This document shows, piece by piece, positions 37,652 through 50,596 of a stretch of 51,616 bases of DNA. The notes below the pieces were generated by a model, which saw nothing but the letters and a program-made list of their open reading frames with translations, did no database searches and had not been told where the DNA came from. The DNA comes from Reclinomonas americana ATCC 50394 (taxonomy: Eukaryota). The stretch's first letter is position 1. The number at the start of each line of letters is the position of its first letter. The translations under genes were made by a program, and so were the position numbers. Where the stretch lies: the NCBI GenBank assembly GCA_048213135.1, contig PS015032.1:277409-329024 (forward strand). Reading direction: 5' to 3'.

Positions 37652-39418
37652 ATGAGCAGACGCCTGTTCATGCTTTTGTGTCGGGCCAACAGCAACAACA
37701 GCAGTCCGACAGTCGAGATGCGTCGATTACCGCGCGTTCTGGTGCTCGGACCACCAGGTGTGCAGCAGCTGGCAACAAGGGCGATTTCCGTCTCGATTGT
37801 CACTGTTGCAGACTGATCTTTCGTGAACAGGCGTTGGCAAGGGGAGCTACAGTCAGCGACTTGAGCGCTACTATCAGGTGCCACGGCTGTCGGTTGGCGA
37901 AGTCGTGCGCGAGGAGATTGCCGCGCGGACCAAGGTACGACAGCAGTTGTCGGAAAAAAGAAACGACAGGTCAGTGTTGCTCACTGTTAATGTCGCCTCG
38001 CAGTTGGGGCAGGCGTTGGAGCGGCATGCGGCGGCCGGTGCTCTGTGCCCCGACAGCATCATCTGTGACATGGTCGGCGAGCGATTGGAGCAGGCGCTGG
38101 GCACGCGCGGTGGTTTCGGTGCGTACTGCGCGCTGTGTCGAATGGGAGATGAGATCACCAATACGTCTCGCGTGGGGAGGCAGTGCTCGACGGCTTTGGC
38201 AGGAGTCTGCGACAGGCCACGTTCCTCACCGACTTTCTCCACCAGCGACCTCAGCATCAGCTGTTGCGTCTGTGGCGAGGGAAGGGTTGGAGAAATCCGA
38301 CATAGACTCACCGCACGAGACGACGCAGCACGTTCGCGTTGAGTCTGTGGCAGCCGGAGAGCATTCTCGTGCAAAAGCTGACCGGCCGACGGCACTGTCG
38401 ACACTGCGGTGCCAACTACAATGTCACCGGCATTGTGGACATTGGGCTCACGCTGCCGCCGCGACTGCCGAGCAAGAGCGATGAGTGCGACCATTGTGGG
38501 AAGCGAGCAGACGAGAAGGGCGATTGGATGGCGCGAGTTTCGTGCGGCACCGAGCGCCATAGTCTCGTGCACACACACCTTATATCGTACGGTGTGCACA
38601 CACAGAGACCCGACGATGTCGAGGAGGTCGTTCGTGCACGACTGCGACTGTACCACGAGCAAACAAAGCCGGCCATCAAGCATTTCGAGTCGCTGGGCCA
38701 CCTTCGCCGCATCCAAGTGGTGTGTATGGGGGCCGGGGAACACAGAGGGTGTGTGTCATCTGTGTCAGTGTCACTCACCTATTCCCCCACATCTGGCACA
38801 GCGCTTCAGCATGGTGGTGAGTGTGAAGAAAAGAGAAGAGAAGAGAAGAGAGGAGAAGAGAAGGGAAGGGGAGGGAAGGGAAGGGAAGGGAAGGGAAGAG
38901 AAGAGAAGAGAAGAGAAGAGAAGAGAAGGGCAGAGCAGAGCAGAGCAGAGCAGAACAGAACAGAGAAGAGCAGAACAGAAAAGAGAAGAGCAAGGCAGGG
39001 CAGGGAAGAGAAGAGCAAGCAAAGCAGAGCAAGGCAGAGCGGATCAGAGCAGAGCATAGCCAGGCAGAGCATAGCAGAGCAAGGCAGAGCACAGCATAGC
39101 AGAGAAGGGAAATGCAGAGTAGAACAGAGCAGAGCACAGCATAGCAGAGAAGATAAGAGCAGAGCAGAACAGAGCACAGCACAGCACAGCACAGGCACAG
39201 CAGCACACCAGAGGCGGACAGTGTCTCATCCTGCAAACGGCTCGTCACCTGTGTGCTTCCCCTGCTGCAGGCCTGCTCACGAGAGACTCGCTCGCGAACA
39301 CATCCACATCATCTCGGCGTCATCGAGAGCGCCTCGTGCGTGGCAGGCGCCTCGTGGGGACGAGATTTTGTGTGATTGCACACCACACGCACCTCGCCCT
39401 CGACAACAAGACCTGTAA
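37652..39418 (+). CDS. Adenylate kinase (long form, Cys4 LID), possibly organellar; last exon uncertain
   Basis: P-loop GPP|GVGKGSY, GF|VLDGFGRS, LTGRRHCRHCGANYN...CDHCG and RPDD.EEVVRARLRLY; start is ATG 37652 or 37718. Confidence 0.88.
38826..39200. repeat. Pentanucleotide satellite drifting (AGAAG)n to (GGAAG)n to (AGAGC)n to (ACAGC)n, intronic
   Basis: Visible 5-nt periodicity. Confidence 0.9.
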
Positions 39419-39497
39419 CATAATCCTACAAAGTGTACCATAGCATGAGAGAGCAGTCACACGATACCTTGCAATTCGTTTACACACTGCCACCGCA

Positions 39498-40800
39498 TCA
39501 ATGCGGCACCGCGCCGCCGCTCTCTATGTCACCACCGTGCCCATCATCAATATGCACCGCATCTACCTCCTGCTCGTCTGCCGGCGGTAGTGATGGTGGT
39601 GGTCGTTGTTGTTGTTGTGGCGCTGCCGCGGCCGCAGCCACGTTGCCATCCACTCCACCGCGCTTCCTGGCCAGCTCGGCCAGCGACTCGGTCGGTGCCA
39701 CCAACACAAACGACTGCAGGCGCACGGGTTCCACAGGCAAGTGTATCTCCTGGTGCGCCGGACTGCGCACCGGACTGCCCTCCTGCTTTCGCCACACGTC
39801 AGACAAGACCGCACACACACACACACAAAAGACGCATGAGCACAGCAACGCACCCACACCACCGAGTTGGGTGGCGCTTGTCGCACATCCCGCAGCTCGT
39901 CGTGTGCGCCCACCACTGGCGAGTCAACCTTGGCCGCTGCTCTCCCTGCGATCATTGATTGCATCGCTGTCACGAATGGGGACAATGTGGAGACAGAGAA
40001 ACAGGGTGGACACTCAACGGTGATCCTCGGCCTCATGATACCGATCACGCTCACTACGCTTCACGTTCCGCTCATGCTCAATGCGTTGTCTGTGTTGTTG
40101 TCACCCGTTGAGAGTGATCTCGCAATCCATCTCTCACTCGCACACATCCACTTACTTTCTCCTCCGGAATGTGAGGTATATACAGCGACCAGTGTAGTAA
40201 AACGGCAGTGTCAGCAGTGCCACCAGCCACAACTGCGACGCACAGACAGTGAGTGAGTGAGTGAGAGAGTGAGACAATGAGAGACTGTCGCGCGTAACAG
40301 CAAAGACAAACTGCAATGCACACATGATACGCGCAGTGAGTGACTCAGTCTCTCTCTCATACACACACACACTCAGCGCACACACGCACAATGAAGAAGA
40401 TGCCTGTGTGGACGCACAATCAGTCACTGATACAGAGATGACACAGAGAGGTGAAGAAGGCGAACCATCTGATCGATCAAGTGCAGTGCAGATGGCACGC
40501 ATGTAGCCAGGCCCTTGACTGCCCTGACACATGCTGGCACAGACAGAGAGACAGAGAAAGAGAATGTCCTGTGGACGCATGGTGTGTTCGATCTCGTCAT
40601 TGCGTCCACTGTGCTTGTCCACTGGTTGCTGTTTTACCTGAGAGAGGGAGAAGAGAACGCAATACATGCAGTGCTGGCTCAAGCTGCACGACAGCAAGAT
40701 CTGTTGGAGCTCGACGTCGACGTCGGATACCGATCGCAATTGCTCTCGAGTTTCCAGCACGCTGCAAACATTCTCCACTGGCGACACGCAATAGCATCTC
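39498..40800 (-). CDS. Hypothetical multi-exon protein with one hydrophobic segment
   Basis: Exon-like pieces (LWLVALLTLPFYYTGRCIYLTFRRRK|gtaagt; last exon ...ESGGAVPH*) with GT-AG boundaries; no family recognised. Confidence 0.45.
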
Positions 40801-40887
40801 TCTCTCCCCACTCATCACTTGCACGCTTTTCTGCATGCACATCGAGTTCGTCCTGCGATCTCTGTCGACGTTCTTTCGAAACATAAC

Positions 40888-42341
40888 ATGCAAGCGAGTG
40901 GAGACGACCGCCTCGCCGCCTCCAAGGTGATCAACGTGCAGGAGTACGAGGAGCGGGCACGACAAGTGCTGCCTCAGATGGTTTTTGACTATTACGCGTT
41001 GCGTCTCGTACCTTGCATGCATTCTTCCGCATGCACGCTCTCATTGTTGAACAAAGCACTGGCGCCGATGACTTGCACACGTTGCGTGACAATCGTGCAG
41101 CGTTTGCTCGCATTGCAGTGGTGCCTCGCATGCTGCGCGATGTGTCCACGATTGATACGCGGACCACTGTTCTTGGCAAGGTTGCAACAAGACCACTCAC
41201 TGCTCACTCATCGCTCTTCTCCTGCTCACTTTGTGCATCGTGCAGTCGATCGCATCACCGATCCTGATTGCACCAATGGCCATGCAGAGGCTAGCGCACG
41301 TGGAAGGCGAGCTGGCGATGGCCAAGGCCGCGGAGAAGCGGGGTGCGGGCTTTGTGCTGAGCTCGTTTGCCACGTCGAGCGTGGAGCAGGTGCAGGAGGC
41401 GGCGCCTGGTGCTGTCAAGTGGCTGCAGTTGTATGTGCTGCGCGATCGGGCGCTGACGGCGGCGCTTGTGCGGCGTGCCGAGGTCGCCGGTTACTCGGCG
41501 TTGTGTGTCACGGTTGATGCGCCGAAGACCGGCAAGCGCGAGGCCGACTTGCGCAACGGCTTTCATCTGTTGCGTGTGCTGTTCTTGATAATGGCCGGAA
41601 AGCAGCGGTGCTCACTTTGTGTGTGTGTGTTTGCAGACCACCGGATATCACGGTGTGCATTCTGCCTGTCCTCCGTGCTCTCTCCGATTTGCTCACCTTC
41701 TCTTTGCCTGTCGTGCGCAGCTCGCCAACTTTCCCCTGGTCTGTCACCCGATCGCGTTCCCCTCTTGCACTGTGGGTTCATTCTTCCTCTCGCAGACACT
41801 CTCGTCGAACGTGCCGGAGGGAGTGAGCGCCCTGTCGCAGTTCATGGGAGCGCAGATGGACGCCAGTCTCACGTGGGACGACATTCGGTGGCTGGTGGAG
41901 TCGACGACGTTGCCGGTGCTAGTGAAGGGCGTGTTGCACCCCGCCGACGCCGGACTCGCCGTGCATTGCGGCTGTCGCGGGGTGGTGGTCAGCAACCACG
42001 GTGGTCGCCAGCTGGATGGCGCCATTAGTGCGCTGGACGCCCTGCCGGCCATTGTGACCGCCACCAGTGGCCACGACTGCGAGGTGTATATTGATGGCGG
42101 CATTCGTCGCGGCACCGACATTCTAAAGGCGCTGGCCATGGGTGCCCGTGCCGTGCTCGTCGGTCGCCCGCTCCTGTGGGCACTGGCCGTGCACGGACAA
42201 GTCGGTGTGGAGCGCGCACTGCAAATCCTCGAGGATGAGCTGCAGCTGGCCATGGCGCTCTCCGGTGTGCGCACGATCGAGCAAGCCGCCACCGACGTGC
42301 TGCTGACGCCCGCAGGCCAACCGCTGCGGGCGAAACTGTAA
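40888..42341 (+). CDS. Peroxisomal (S)-2-hydroxy-acid/glycolate oxidase (FMN-dependent)
   Basis: FDYYA|TGADD, PRMLRDVS, WLQLYV.RDR, VTVDAP, LPVLVKG, VSNHGGRQLD and DGGIRRGTDI.KALA.GA; C-terminal PTS1 AKL*. Confidence 0.95.
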
Positions 42342-42353
42342 TCATGAATGCCT

Positions 42354-43014
42354 TCAACTCGTCGCACACGCCTTCCATCGAAGCAGTGGCAGCGCATCGC
42401 TTCCACGCATCCACGGCGGCGCACTGCGCAACGCCAGCCCCGAGCACTCAACTGCCGCACACTCACACTCCACCAGATCCATGGTCACCACCAGCGACGA
42501 CGCCAGCATACCAGGCACATCGCGCAACGCAGCCTGCGCGTGCGGATGCACAATCGCCCCCGAATCCATGCACACTCGCAGCTCCTGCGCGTGCAGTGGC
42601 ACACGCAGCGCTCCACCAGCGTACACCAACTGCGGAGGACCTGCTGCATCCGCATGCACAATCTCCGAGAACACAATCGGCGATCGCTCACACGAGACAT
42701 AGTTGATCTCGCCAGCGCACGGGGAGATAAAGGGGAACTTGTCGGTGAATCGGCCTGCGAGAAAAGGGAGTGAGGAATGAACGATGGAGACTGTGAGTCT
42801 TTGCGTCGCTCACCTGTGTCATTTTTTCGCAGGCGCTTGAAGAAGAACTCAAGGAACCGTGTGTCACGCAACCACGACTCTACAATGCACGAGTTGAGAG
42901 AGTGAAAGACAACTCTTTCCCACTTGTCAACGCACGTTTCCCGTCAAACAAGTGAAACAGTCGCCCATCGCGACCGCTCACACTGTAGAACCACTCACGT
43001 CGACGAGTCGACAT
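42354..43014 (-). CDS. UPF0598 (C8orf82-like) protein
   Basis: REWFY...G.LF, D.RFLEFFFKRLRKNDTG|RF...FPFISPC.GE.NYV.CE..PIVF; alternative upstream ATG at 43044. Confidence 0.8.
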
Positions 43015-43099
43015 GCGTGCGGTGCTCAACAACACAGGCAACATGTCTGATTGTGTCCCAGTGCGTGTCCTTTGTTCTTCCACTCGCAGAGAGAGCGTG

Positions 43100-43801
43100 A
43101 TGCCCTCCACCGATCACAGGTTATGGCTGTCTGTTGTTGTCGCGTTTGCCGACTTGGCGCTGGTGACGCAGCAGAGTGTGCATCATGAGACGGCGATCGC
43201 GTTGCATGTGGCGATCATTGCTGTTGCTGCGTGCATGGCCTCCAGCACGGTGAGCCGCGTCTCTCACTTGGCGTCTCTCTTTTGGTGCTCACTGGCTACT
43301 GCTAGCGACGTGCAATGAGCTTGCTGGTGCAGACGATTGTCGCCCTCGTGCCTGTGCTGGTGCTGCTGGGTGCCGGCATCTCCAAGTCGTTGCTTGACAG
43401 GTCTTCTACCACCCTCCGAGTGCAACACAGGTTTTCTTTCGATTCTCATCATGCAAGTTGTCCTTGCCAGAGATCAGCTGGTCGATGTGTTGCTGCTGGA
43501 TGTGGTGCTGAGCGTGCATGTGGTGGCTGCGTTGATGCCTGTGCTGCCGGATGCAGCGGCGCGGTCATTGTCGGAGGCACTGCGTTGGTGCGTCGAGCAG
43601 AGGCGGAAGCAGTTGTGGCTGTGGGTGTGGTTGCTTGCGCCTCTGGCGGGTGCGTGGGTGTCGGCACTGTCGCTGCTGCTGGACTGGGATGCTCCGTGGC
43701 AGCGCTTGTCGGTGGCGTGTGTGATGGCCGCTGCCACGTGCAGCTTTGTCGTGCATGCTATCAGACCGCTGTTCAGACAACGACCGGGACCGAGGGAGTG
43801 A
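43100..43801 (+). CDS. PIGF: GPI-anchor biosynthesis protein PIG-F/Gpi11
   Basis: Multi-TM protein with the GAW....LLDWDAPWQ signature. Confidence 0.8.
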
Positions 43802-43931
43802 ACGAAGAACGGACTGTGCATCGTATAGGTGTGGTCTAACAGTTGCATTACTTTGGAAGTCGTAAAGGAGGAGATGGAGATGGAGACAGGAGAGAGGGAA
43901 TAAGAAAACAGAGGCAGCACCGACACACACA

Positions 43932-46900
43932 TCACTTCCTGGGCTTCTTGGGTGACGAAGCACCACTGGCGGCGCTGGCGGCACCATTGCCCGTTGCCAT
44001 GCCACGCACACTGTCTCGCACCTGCACCACGGTTTGGCGCACCTTACCGGCCACCTTGGCCAGCATCGGTACGTGCTGGCTCAGATAGCCGCGGAAAATG
44101 TAGGCGACCACACCGAGCAGGCCGAGGATCATGGGAATCACGGACGTGCGCTCCACGTCTTGCAGCTCCGCCTTTTGCGTCGCCGAGAACTGCACAACAG
44201 CCATCAGCAAGAAACGCACGGGATTCGGTGGGGGAGAAACGTGAGAAAGAAACGCACCTTGAAGTGCACATTCGCCGACTGGCCATTCACGTCGACCTCC
44301 ACCGGCGCCACCTCGTCGACGGCAAACAGGCGCGGGTTGAGGTCGTTGGTCAGCTGCACGCGGTAACGACCGGTGGGCAGGCGGCTGAACTCAAAGAAGC
44401 GAGTCACCGGCAGCGGCAAGCTGCGCTTCGACACATCCTCGTCGGTCTGCAGCGGCACCAGCTCGACCTACAAGAGACTGAAGTGAGCCAGTGTTCAGGT
44501 GAGAGGATCCGTTGCGCAGCTCACGAAACCTTCACGTGCGAGATCAAATCCCACGGCACATCCACCGTGCCGACCACATCGAAGCGAGTCGGCGGGAAGA
44601 AGGCGACAAAATCGACACTCTCCACATCCTTGTTTCTGTGTGTGCACAGGCGACGTGTGAGATGACACGTGCAATACAATAGAAGTGAATATACCACCGA
44701 CTCAACTGCGTGGTGACAGTGGTGACTGGCGGGCTGGCGCGCACAATCGTCACGTCCTTGGGGGCGCGCGGATTGCCGGCCACACGCACGCGAATGTCGT
44801 AGGTCTTGCCGGGCACGAGACCACGCAAGCGATACTTGCCCTCCGAGTCGGTGACGGTCTCCTCCAGGTCGCCCTGTGCCACCCACGTCGCGTGTGAGTC
44901 TCACACGCACTCACACTCACAATATCTCTGACGTAGTACTACGAGCGCACCTCACGACTCAGAGCCTCGATGCTGACGCGGGACATGGGCTTGCCATTCA
45001 GCGAAAACACCTGGCCAAAGGCCGAGAATGCCACGCGCTTGGCACGGAACGTGGTCTCCACTCGGCGACCCTGCTCCACCTCCAGCGTCTACAGCAACCA
45101 CGGTCAGCGTCACCACTCCCCCATTAGGCCACCTGACATCTCACACACGCACCGCAGTCTCCGGCTTGAAAGTGAACTCCTTCAGCATCGGCTTGATAAA
45201 GTACTGACCGGGGAAGAGGCCGACGAAATCGAGTTCGCCATTCTCCGGCACCACCGAGTTGTTGCGGTAGCGCTCGGCGCCACTGAGCGAGATGAGCACA
45301 CCGCCCACGGCCGAGTCGTTTTCCTCGTCGCGGATCTGCGGCACGATGTTAGCAGACAAGTGAATCACAAGAATAGTGGACTCGACACGCACCCGCACAA
45401 CCACATGCGACAGCTGCTTGGCCGAAAAGTCAGTCTGTGAGCCGTCCACCAGCTTCAGTTGGTAGCCACGCTTGTCGGCGCGCTGTCGATCGACAAAGTT
45501 AGCAAGCAAGTACGGGGAGGAGAGGAGAAGACGAGCAGCAACCGCACCACTTCGTACTTGCGATCGTCGTAAAGAGGACCGGCCGAGTACGAGCCGGTGT
45601 CGTCTGTCTGCACTTCGGCAACCACACTGTGGCCGGCACTGGCCTCGACAATCGACACGCGCACACCGGCAATGCTCGGCGACACGCGACCAGACAGGTA
45701 GAGACCGGGGCGAGCGGTGAATGAGACCGGCTCGTCCGAGCAGCGATCCTTCGGCACCGTCACACGCTGGTGGCGCGGGTAGAACAGCAAGGCCGGTGAC
45801 GAGGGCACGAGTTCCAGGCGCTGCGTGCACATGTTGAGTGAGGATGAAGGATAAGGGAGATGGAGAACAGGGGAATGATTGTTGAAGAAGAATCGCGAAA
45901 GATGAGAATAAAAGGAAACACACATGCTCCCTCTGTGTTCCCTACCTCTCCAGGGGCCGCCCAGTACGTGAATTCGTACACGTGGCGCTTGCCCGAGTGC
46001 TCGGCCAGCTTGGCTGACACGGCTGTAACGCAACACAGAGTGAGTGTGCACAGTCGTCGAACACCCCAACAGCATTGCATCACACGCAACATTCCTCGGC
46101 GGCATTGCCGACCTTGGAGCTGCCGGCACTGCCGAGGTGCGAGCTGCCCTGCAGTCCAGGCGCCGCATTCTGATCGTACGGCCTGCGCAAGTGACACGAA
46201 TGTGAGATCATCGATGACACGAGAGATCGAAATTGCTCGACGCAACTTGATGCCAATGACCACATTGGCAGGCAGATCAGGATCGTGAGTGGCCTGAATC
46301 ACACCGCGCACCAGGTACGCGCGAGTCTCCAGCACAATCGTACGCGGCTTCCTGCAAATGGAAGAAGGGTGAGGAGTGCAGTGTGTGGAAGACCAGGGCG
46401 ACGGCGGCGCCGGCACGAAACTTGGTGTCGTGAGTGAAGCTCTCGGCCTGGAACTGCACGCAGCCGCTCGGCGTGACCACGTACGAGCCTGGTGGTGTCG
46501 GTGAGTGGTCAGGTGAGGCGCGATGCGCAACAGAAAAAAAAGCTACAAACCTGCGGTCTTCAAACAGAACGCATTCTTGCCGCGCTTCAACTTTGACTCG
46601 ATCACCGGCTCCGAGTCGGCGTTCGAGGTCACCACCAGCGACGCCTCGTGGCTGGCATCAATCTCCAGACTGAAGCCGAGCTGCTTGAACGTGACTTTGG
46701 TGTCCGAGTCCTTGAGCTGTCAATGTCAAGAGACAAATGAGAGAGCGTCCAACAGGCGTTTCAGTATGACAAGTCACACACACCGTGACCGACTGCTTCT
46801 GCTGATCCCAGCACAGGAAACGGCTGAGCACCGATACTTCGTAGGTACCAGCCAGCAGGTCCGACACTTCAAAAGAGCCTGCGAACACAATACAGTCGGA

Positions 46901-49170
46901 TGAACAACCAAAGAAAGGCATGCTGTGCATCAGGAAGCACACACACCATGCTCGTCGAGTGAGACCTCCTTGGAAAAGCTGGGTGCTGACGACACCTGCA
47001 CCGTCACCTGCGGACCACACTCGCGCTGCAGGCACTTGACAGTGCCGCGGATGGAGTGCAGGTCCTGGCTGAAGATGATGCCCGACGCCGGGCCGTCCTT
47101 CACCACCGCGGTGCGAACCGACGGCGCCAGTTGGAATCCGGCCTGGCGCTCCGAGTCCGAGATGAATGGCGACACCTCGTACTCGTCCTCCGGCAGCATC
47201 ACACAGAAGACGCCATCCTCGCGCGCCAGCGTGCGAATCGGCTTTTCACCAGAAGCAATGCCCTTGCGCTGCTCCGCGAAAAAAAGTGTTAGAAGCGGAG
47301 CTGCACAGGAACACACGGGTTGCATATTCACCGAAAAGAGAACAGGCTTGCGGTTCACGTAGGTGCGCATGCTGTCGAGCGACACGACGATTTGACCGCA
47401 CGCCTCGAACTTGGAGACGAGAATGTCGGGCGCCGACGACATGGACGGCGCGATCTTTCACCAGGCACACAGTGAGCCACAAGCTTCTTCCCAGGCGAGA
47501 AAGGAATAACAACGAGACACACCTGCACATTCTCCAGGGTCGCAAACTCCGCACCACTCTTGGTGGCATGCAGGCGGTACACGCCAGCGGTGATGCTCGG
47601 CACCACGTACGCACCATTCTCGTCGGTGGTCGCCACCAGATCATTGTTGAGGAACACCTCGGCACCGGCCACGCCGAGACCCTGGAAGAGAGAGAGAGAG
47701 AAAGAGTGAGAGGTTGGAGAGAGAAAGAGAGAGAGAGAGAGGAAGTGGGGCACAGAGACATGCCACGAACCGAACGAGTCTTCACGTGTCCGGGCAGCGA
47801 GAAGCCAGTGACTTCAAAGTTCTGCGGCAGCACCAGACTGCTGTGCGACAGAGTGAACGGCAGCGACTGCGGGTGAATGTGGAAGCGTCCGTGCTCCGCC
47901 TGTTGCACTTGTCAGCACTCCACACCATCAGCGTCCGCATCATCATCATCAACATCACCTCATAGTCGGCCTTCAGCACGTACTTGCCCGCCGGCAAGTT
48001 GGCGAACTTGAACGAACCATCGCGTTGCGACACGGTCTCACACACCACGCCTGCACGACAAGTGAGACACGGAGTCGCAAGCATACACCATGCATGGCAC
48101 ACACAAACACACAGGCGCACCCTTGGCAGTGGACGTGATAGCCTCGGGGCACTGGAACGACTTGGGCATCTTGGTCTTCTTGCTCGACCCGCGGAACAGC
48201 AGCACTTTCACACCCTGCAGCGGCTTGTCACCAGCACCGACCTGACCACGCACATCGTAGCCGAGCACCGCCAGATCACCAGCCACTGTGTTGTCACCCT
48301 CCACCGTCACCGACACACCATCCTCCGGCTGGAACGACCACTGCGAGTGCGAGGCCACCACAATGCGGTGCTCGCCCGACGGCACTCGAGAGAACAAGTA
48401 CGCACCAGTGGCATCCGTCACCGCCTTCTTACTGTGCACACAACGATGGAGACAAAGGGTGAGGAACGCATCACTCAACCCCGAAATGCAGCAGTGTCTG
48501 CGTGTGCAAGAGAGCAACAAGGGTGCACGCATGAGCATGATTTACGCAACGTGTCACCCCCCGCCAGCTCCAGTCGCACAGTGACTCCAGCAGGGCCCTC
48601 CTTGTCACCATCACACTCATCGTCGGCGCCACCCAGGCATGCACCACGCACACGGCCAGTCACCGTGTACCCAGTGAGCACAAAGTCGACATCGCCAGTG
48701 CACGAGCCACCAGAGGCGTCCACAGTCACGCGCTTGCTCGGCGGGTCTGCAAGAGAGAGTGAGTGTGAGAGACTGTATGTGTGTGTGTGTGCAAGAGTCT
48801 GCAAGAGTGAGTGAGTGCGTGTGCGTGTGTGTGTCCATGGCTCACCGAAATGCCAGCCTGCAGGCGCCGCAATGGCCAGCTCATAGGTTCCGTAGTCGTA
48901 GATGGGGATAAAGTAGTAGCCGGAGGGCGCACAGCTTGTGCTCTCGCGCACCACGGGCTCGCTCGAGGCCGACGACGCCGAGGAGGGCACTCGCAGGAGC
49001 ACACGCACTCGCGACAAGTCGGTCTTGGTGGAGGCGCCCGAGCCGCGCACAAAGCCGCCGCAGCCGACAAAGTCGGCGGAGTTGCTGGAGCTCGCGCTGG
49101 CAAGGCCAGAAATGGCGGCGACTGCAAGCAGCAGCAGCAGCAGCAAGAGGGGGGCGGCCTGCGCTCGCAT
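43932..49170 (-). CDS. NOMO1: Nodal modulator (NOMO) family type I membrane protein, many exons
   Basis: Signal peptide, GCGGFV, CAPSGYYFIPIYD.G.Y......P.GW.F, repeated beta-sandwich units (G.Y.L.GL.PG..Y), C-terminal TM and basic tail KKPRK*. Confidence 0.9.
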
Positions 49171-49321
49171 TGCGGGTGTGCAAAATTGAACTGTGCAGGA
49201 CGGAGATAGGCGAGGAGGATGGGAGGGGTGCAGCCTTGTTGGTGTGATGGGCGTGGGTGTGTGATGAAGGAGCTGCGGGCGATTGACGTCGACGTCCACC
49301 AGCGACGTCGAGGAAGAAGCG

Positions 49322-49900
49322 TCACGACGTCGAACGCGTGCGAAACAGCGTGACGACGAGCACTGACATGCGGGGTGGGAGTCGAAAAGCAATGTTGCAG
49401 CAACGGCGGCGAGAGGGGTTGCACTGCTGCCTGATCCACATCGTACTCCAGATCCACAGCTTCGCCAACACGTCCACGAGAACCTCGCTCAGAAACTCCC
49501 ATGCAGCGTGCTGATCGCCCTTTCTGTTGCAGCTCGTCGAGGTACGGTGCACGGAACCCTCGACACCGGCAGTGATAACTCGAGACCGCACCTGGCACAT
49601 GTGCTTGCAAAGTGTGATGCTTTCCCCTGAGAAGACAATTGCAAAGCGAGAAGTTGCCATCGTTCCTCGCAGCGATCTCCACAAACCATGCACTTGCGAT
49701 GCCTTCCTGACAGCCTGCAAGACAGGGAGCGCAGCGACACACAGAGCTCCCACAACCAACGTCGTTGCAGCGATCGCAAGCCCTGCACCTGTGATTCTAT
49801 CCACCGAAGAGATATGCAACGAAGAGCAGCACTCGGCAGTGTCCCTGCCGTCACCAAGATCCTCGCACCGATCTCTGCACATCCATTGACCTGCCGAACA
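49322..49900 (-). CDS. Possible small hypothetical membrane protein
   Basis: ORF with hydrophobic GLAIAATTLVVGALCVAALPVL segment lying between SMIM7-like and NOMO; exon structure unresolved. Confidence 0.25.
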   Translation of the reverse strand, partial: CSAGQWMCRDRCEDLGDGRDTAECCSSLHISSVDRITGAGLAIAATTLVVGALCVAALPVLQAVRKASQVHGLWRSLRGTMATSRFAIVFSGESITLCKHMCQVRSRVITAGVEGSVHRTSTSCNRKGDQHAAWEFLSEVLVDVLAKLWIWSTMWIRQQCNPSRRRCCNIAFRLPPRMSVLVVTLFRTRSTS

Positions 49901-49957
49901 AGATCCTTTCTCACCCTCACCACCCACACGTTGTAACCCTTCATCCTCCACCGTTTA

Positions 49958-50444
49958 CTATGACGAAAACACGCTGCACAAAAAGAGTGAGGACAACTCG
50001 AAGCCAAGCAAAGCAAACAATATCCAACGCAACAAGGCCATGGCCAGCAGCGTGACCACATTCCAACAGGCGATCAAGTAGCGCATGTAACGAATGTGCT
50101 CCAGCGTCTCCGACAACTTGGCGCGAACCTCATGCAACATTCCCGCCACACCACCGCTACCACCATTGGAGCCAGGCATTGCGGCATTGAAGCCGTCACT
50201 GTGTTGACTACATGCACGACAAGTGTCACAAAAACACGAGGAGAGGGCGTTGATTGAGTGAGAAAGAGAGAGTGACGCACCCTGGTGGTGGCGCATCGAA
50301 ATTGACCAGCATGCCCAGTGCGTTGATCAGCAGTGTGCTGTGCATGAACAAGTGGGTGAGTGAGTGACACAAGCAAGGAGCGCACTCTGACAGACAACGA
50401 AGAGCAAACCTGGCAATCCACAAATCAGAAAACCGAAAGCCCAT
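49958..50444 (-). CDS. SMIM7/Yos1-like small integral membrane protein
   Basis: Spliced MGFRFSDLWIA|STLLINALGMLVNF...IRYMRYLIACWNVVTLLAMAF|VFSS*, resembling SMIM7 TLLMNAGAVLNF...LRYFRIFIALWN as recalled. Confidence 0.75.
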
Positions 50445-50477
50445 TCTCGAGTTGTCTTGCAGTCTCCTTTGCACTCT

Positions 50478-50510
<33 letters not shown>

Positions 50511-50596
50511 GACACAGACACCACCACGCTTCCTTCGCGCGCTGTGTTATGAGTCGCTGCTCGCCTCGTCGTCGTCTGTCCACTGTCCCGATTGCA

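Noticed and set aside
38771-39248. ORFs rich in EKRRE/LLFSS or CV/HT dipeptides here and at 3585-3660, 8890-9130 and 15790-16050
   Set aside because: Translations of intronic microsatellites.
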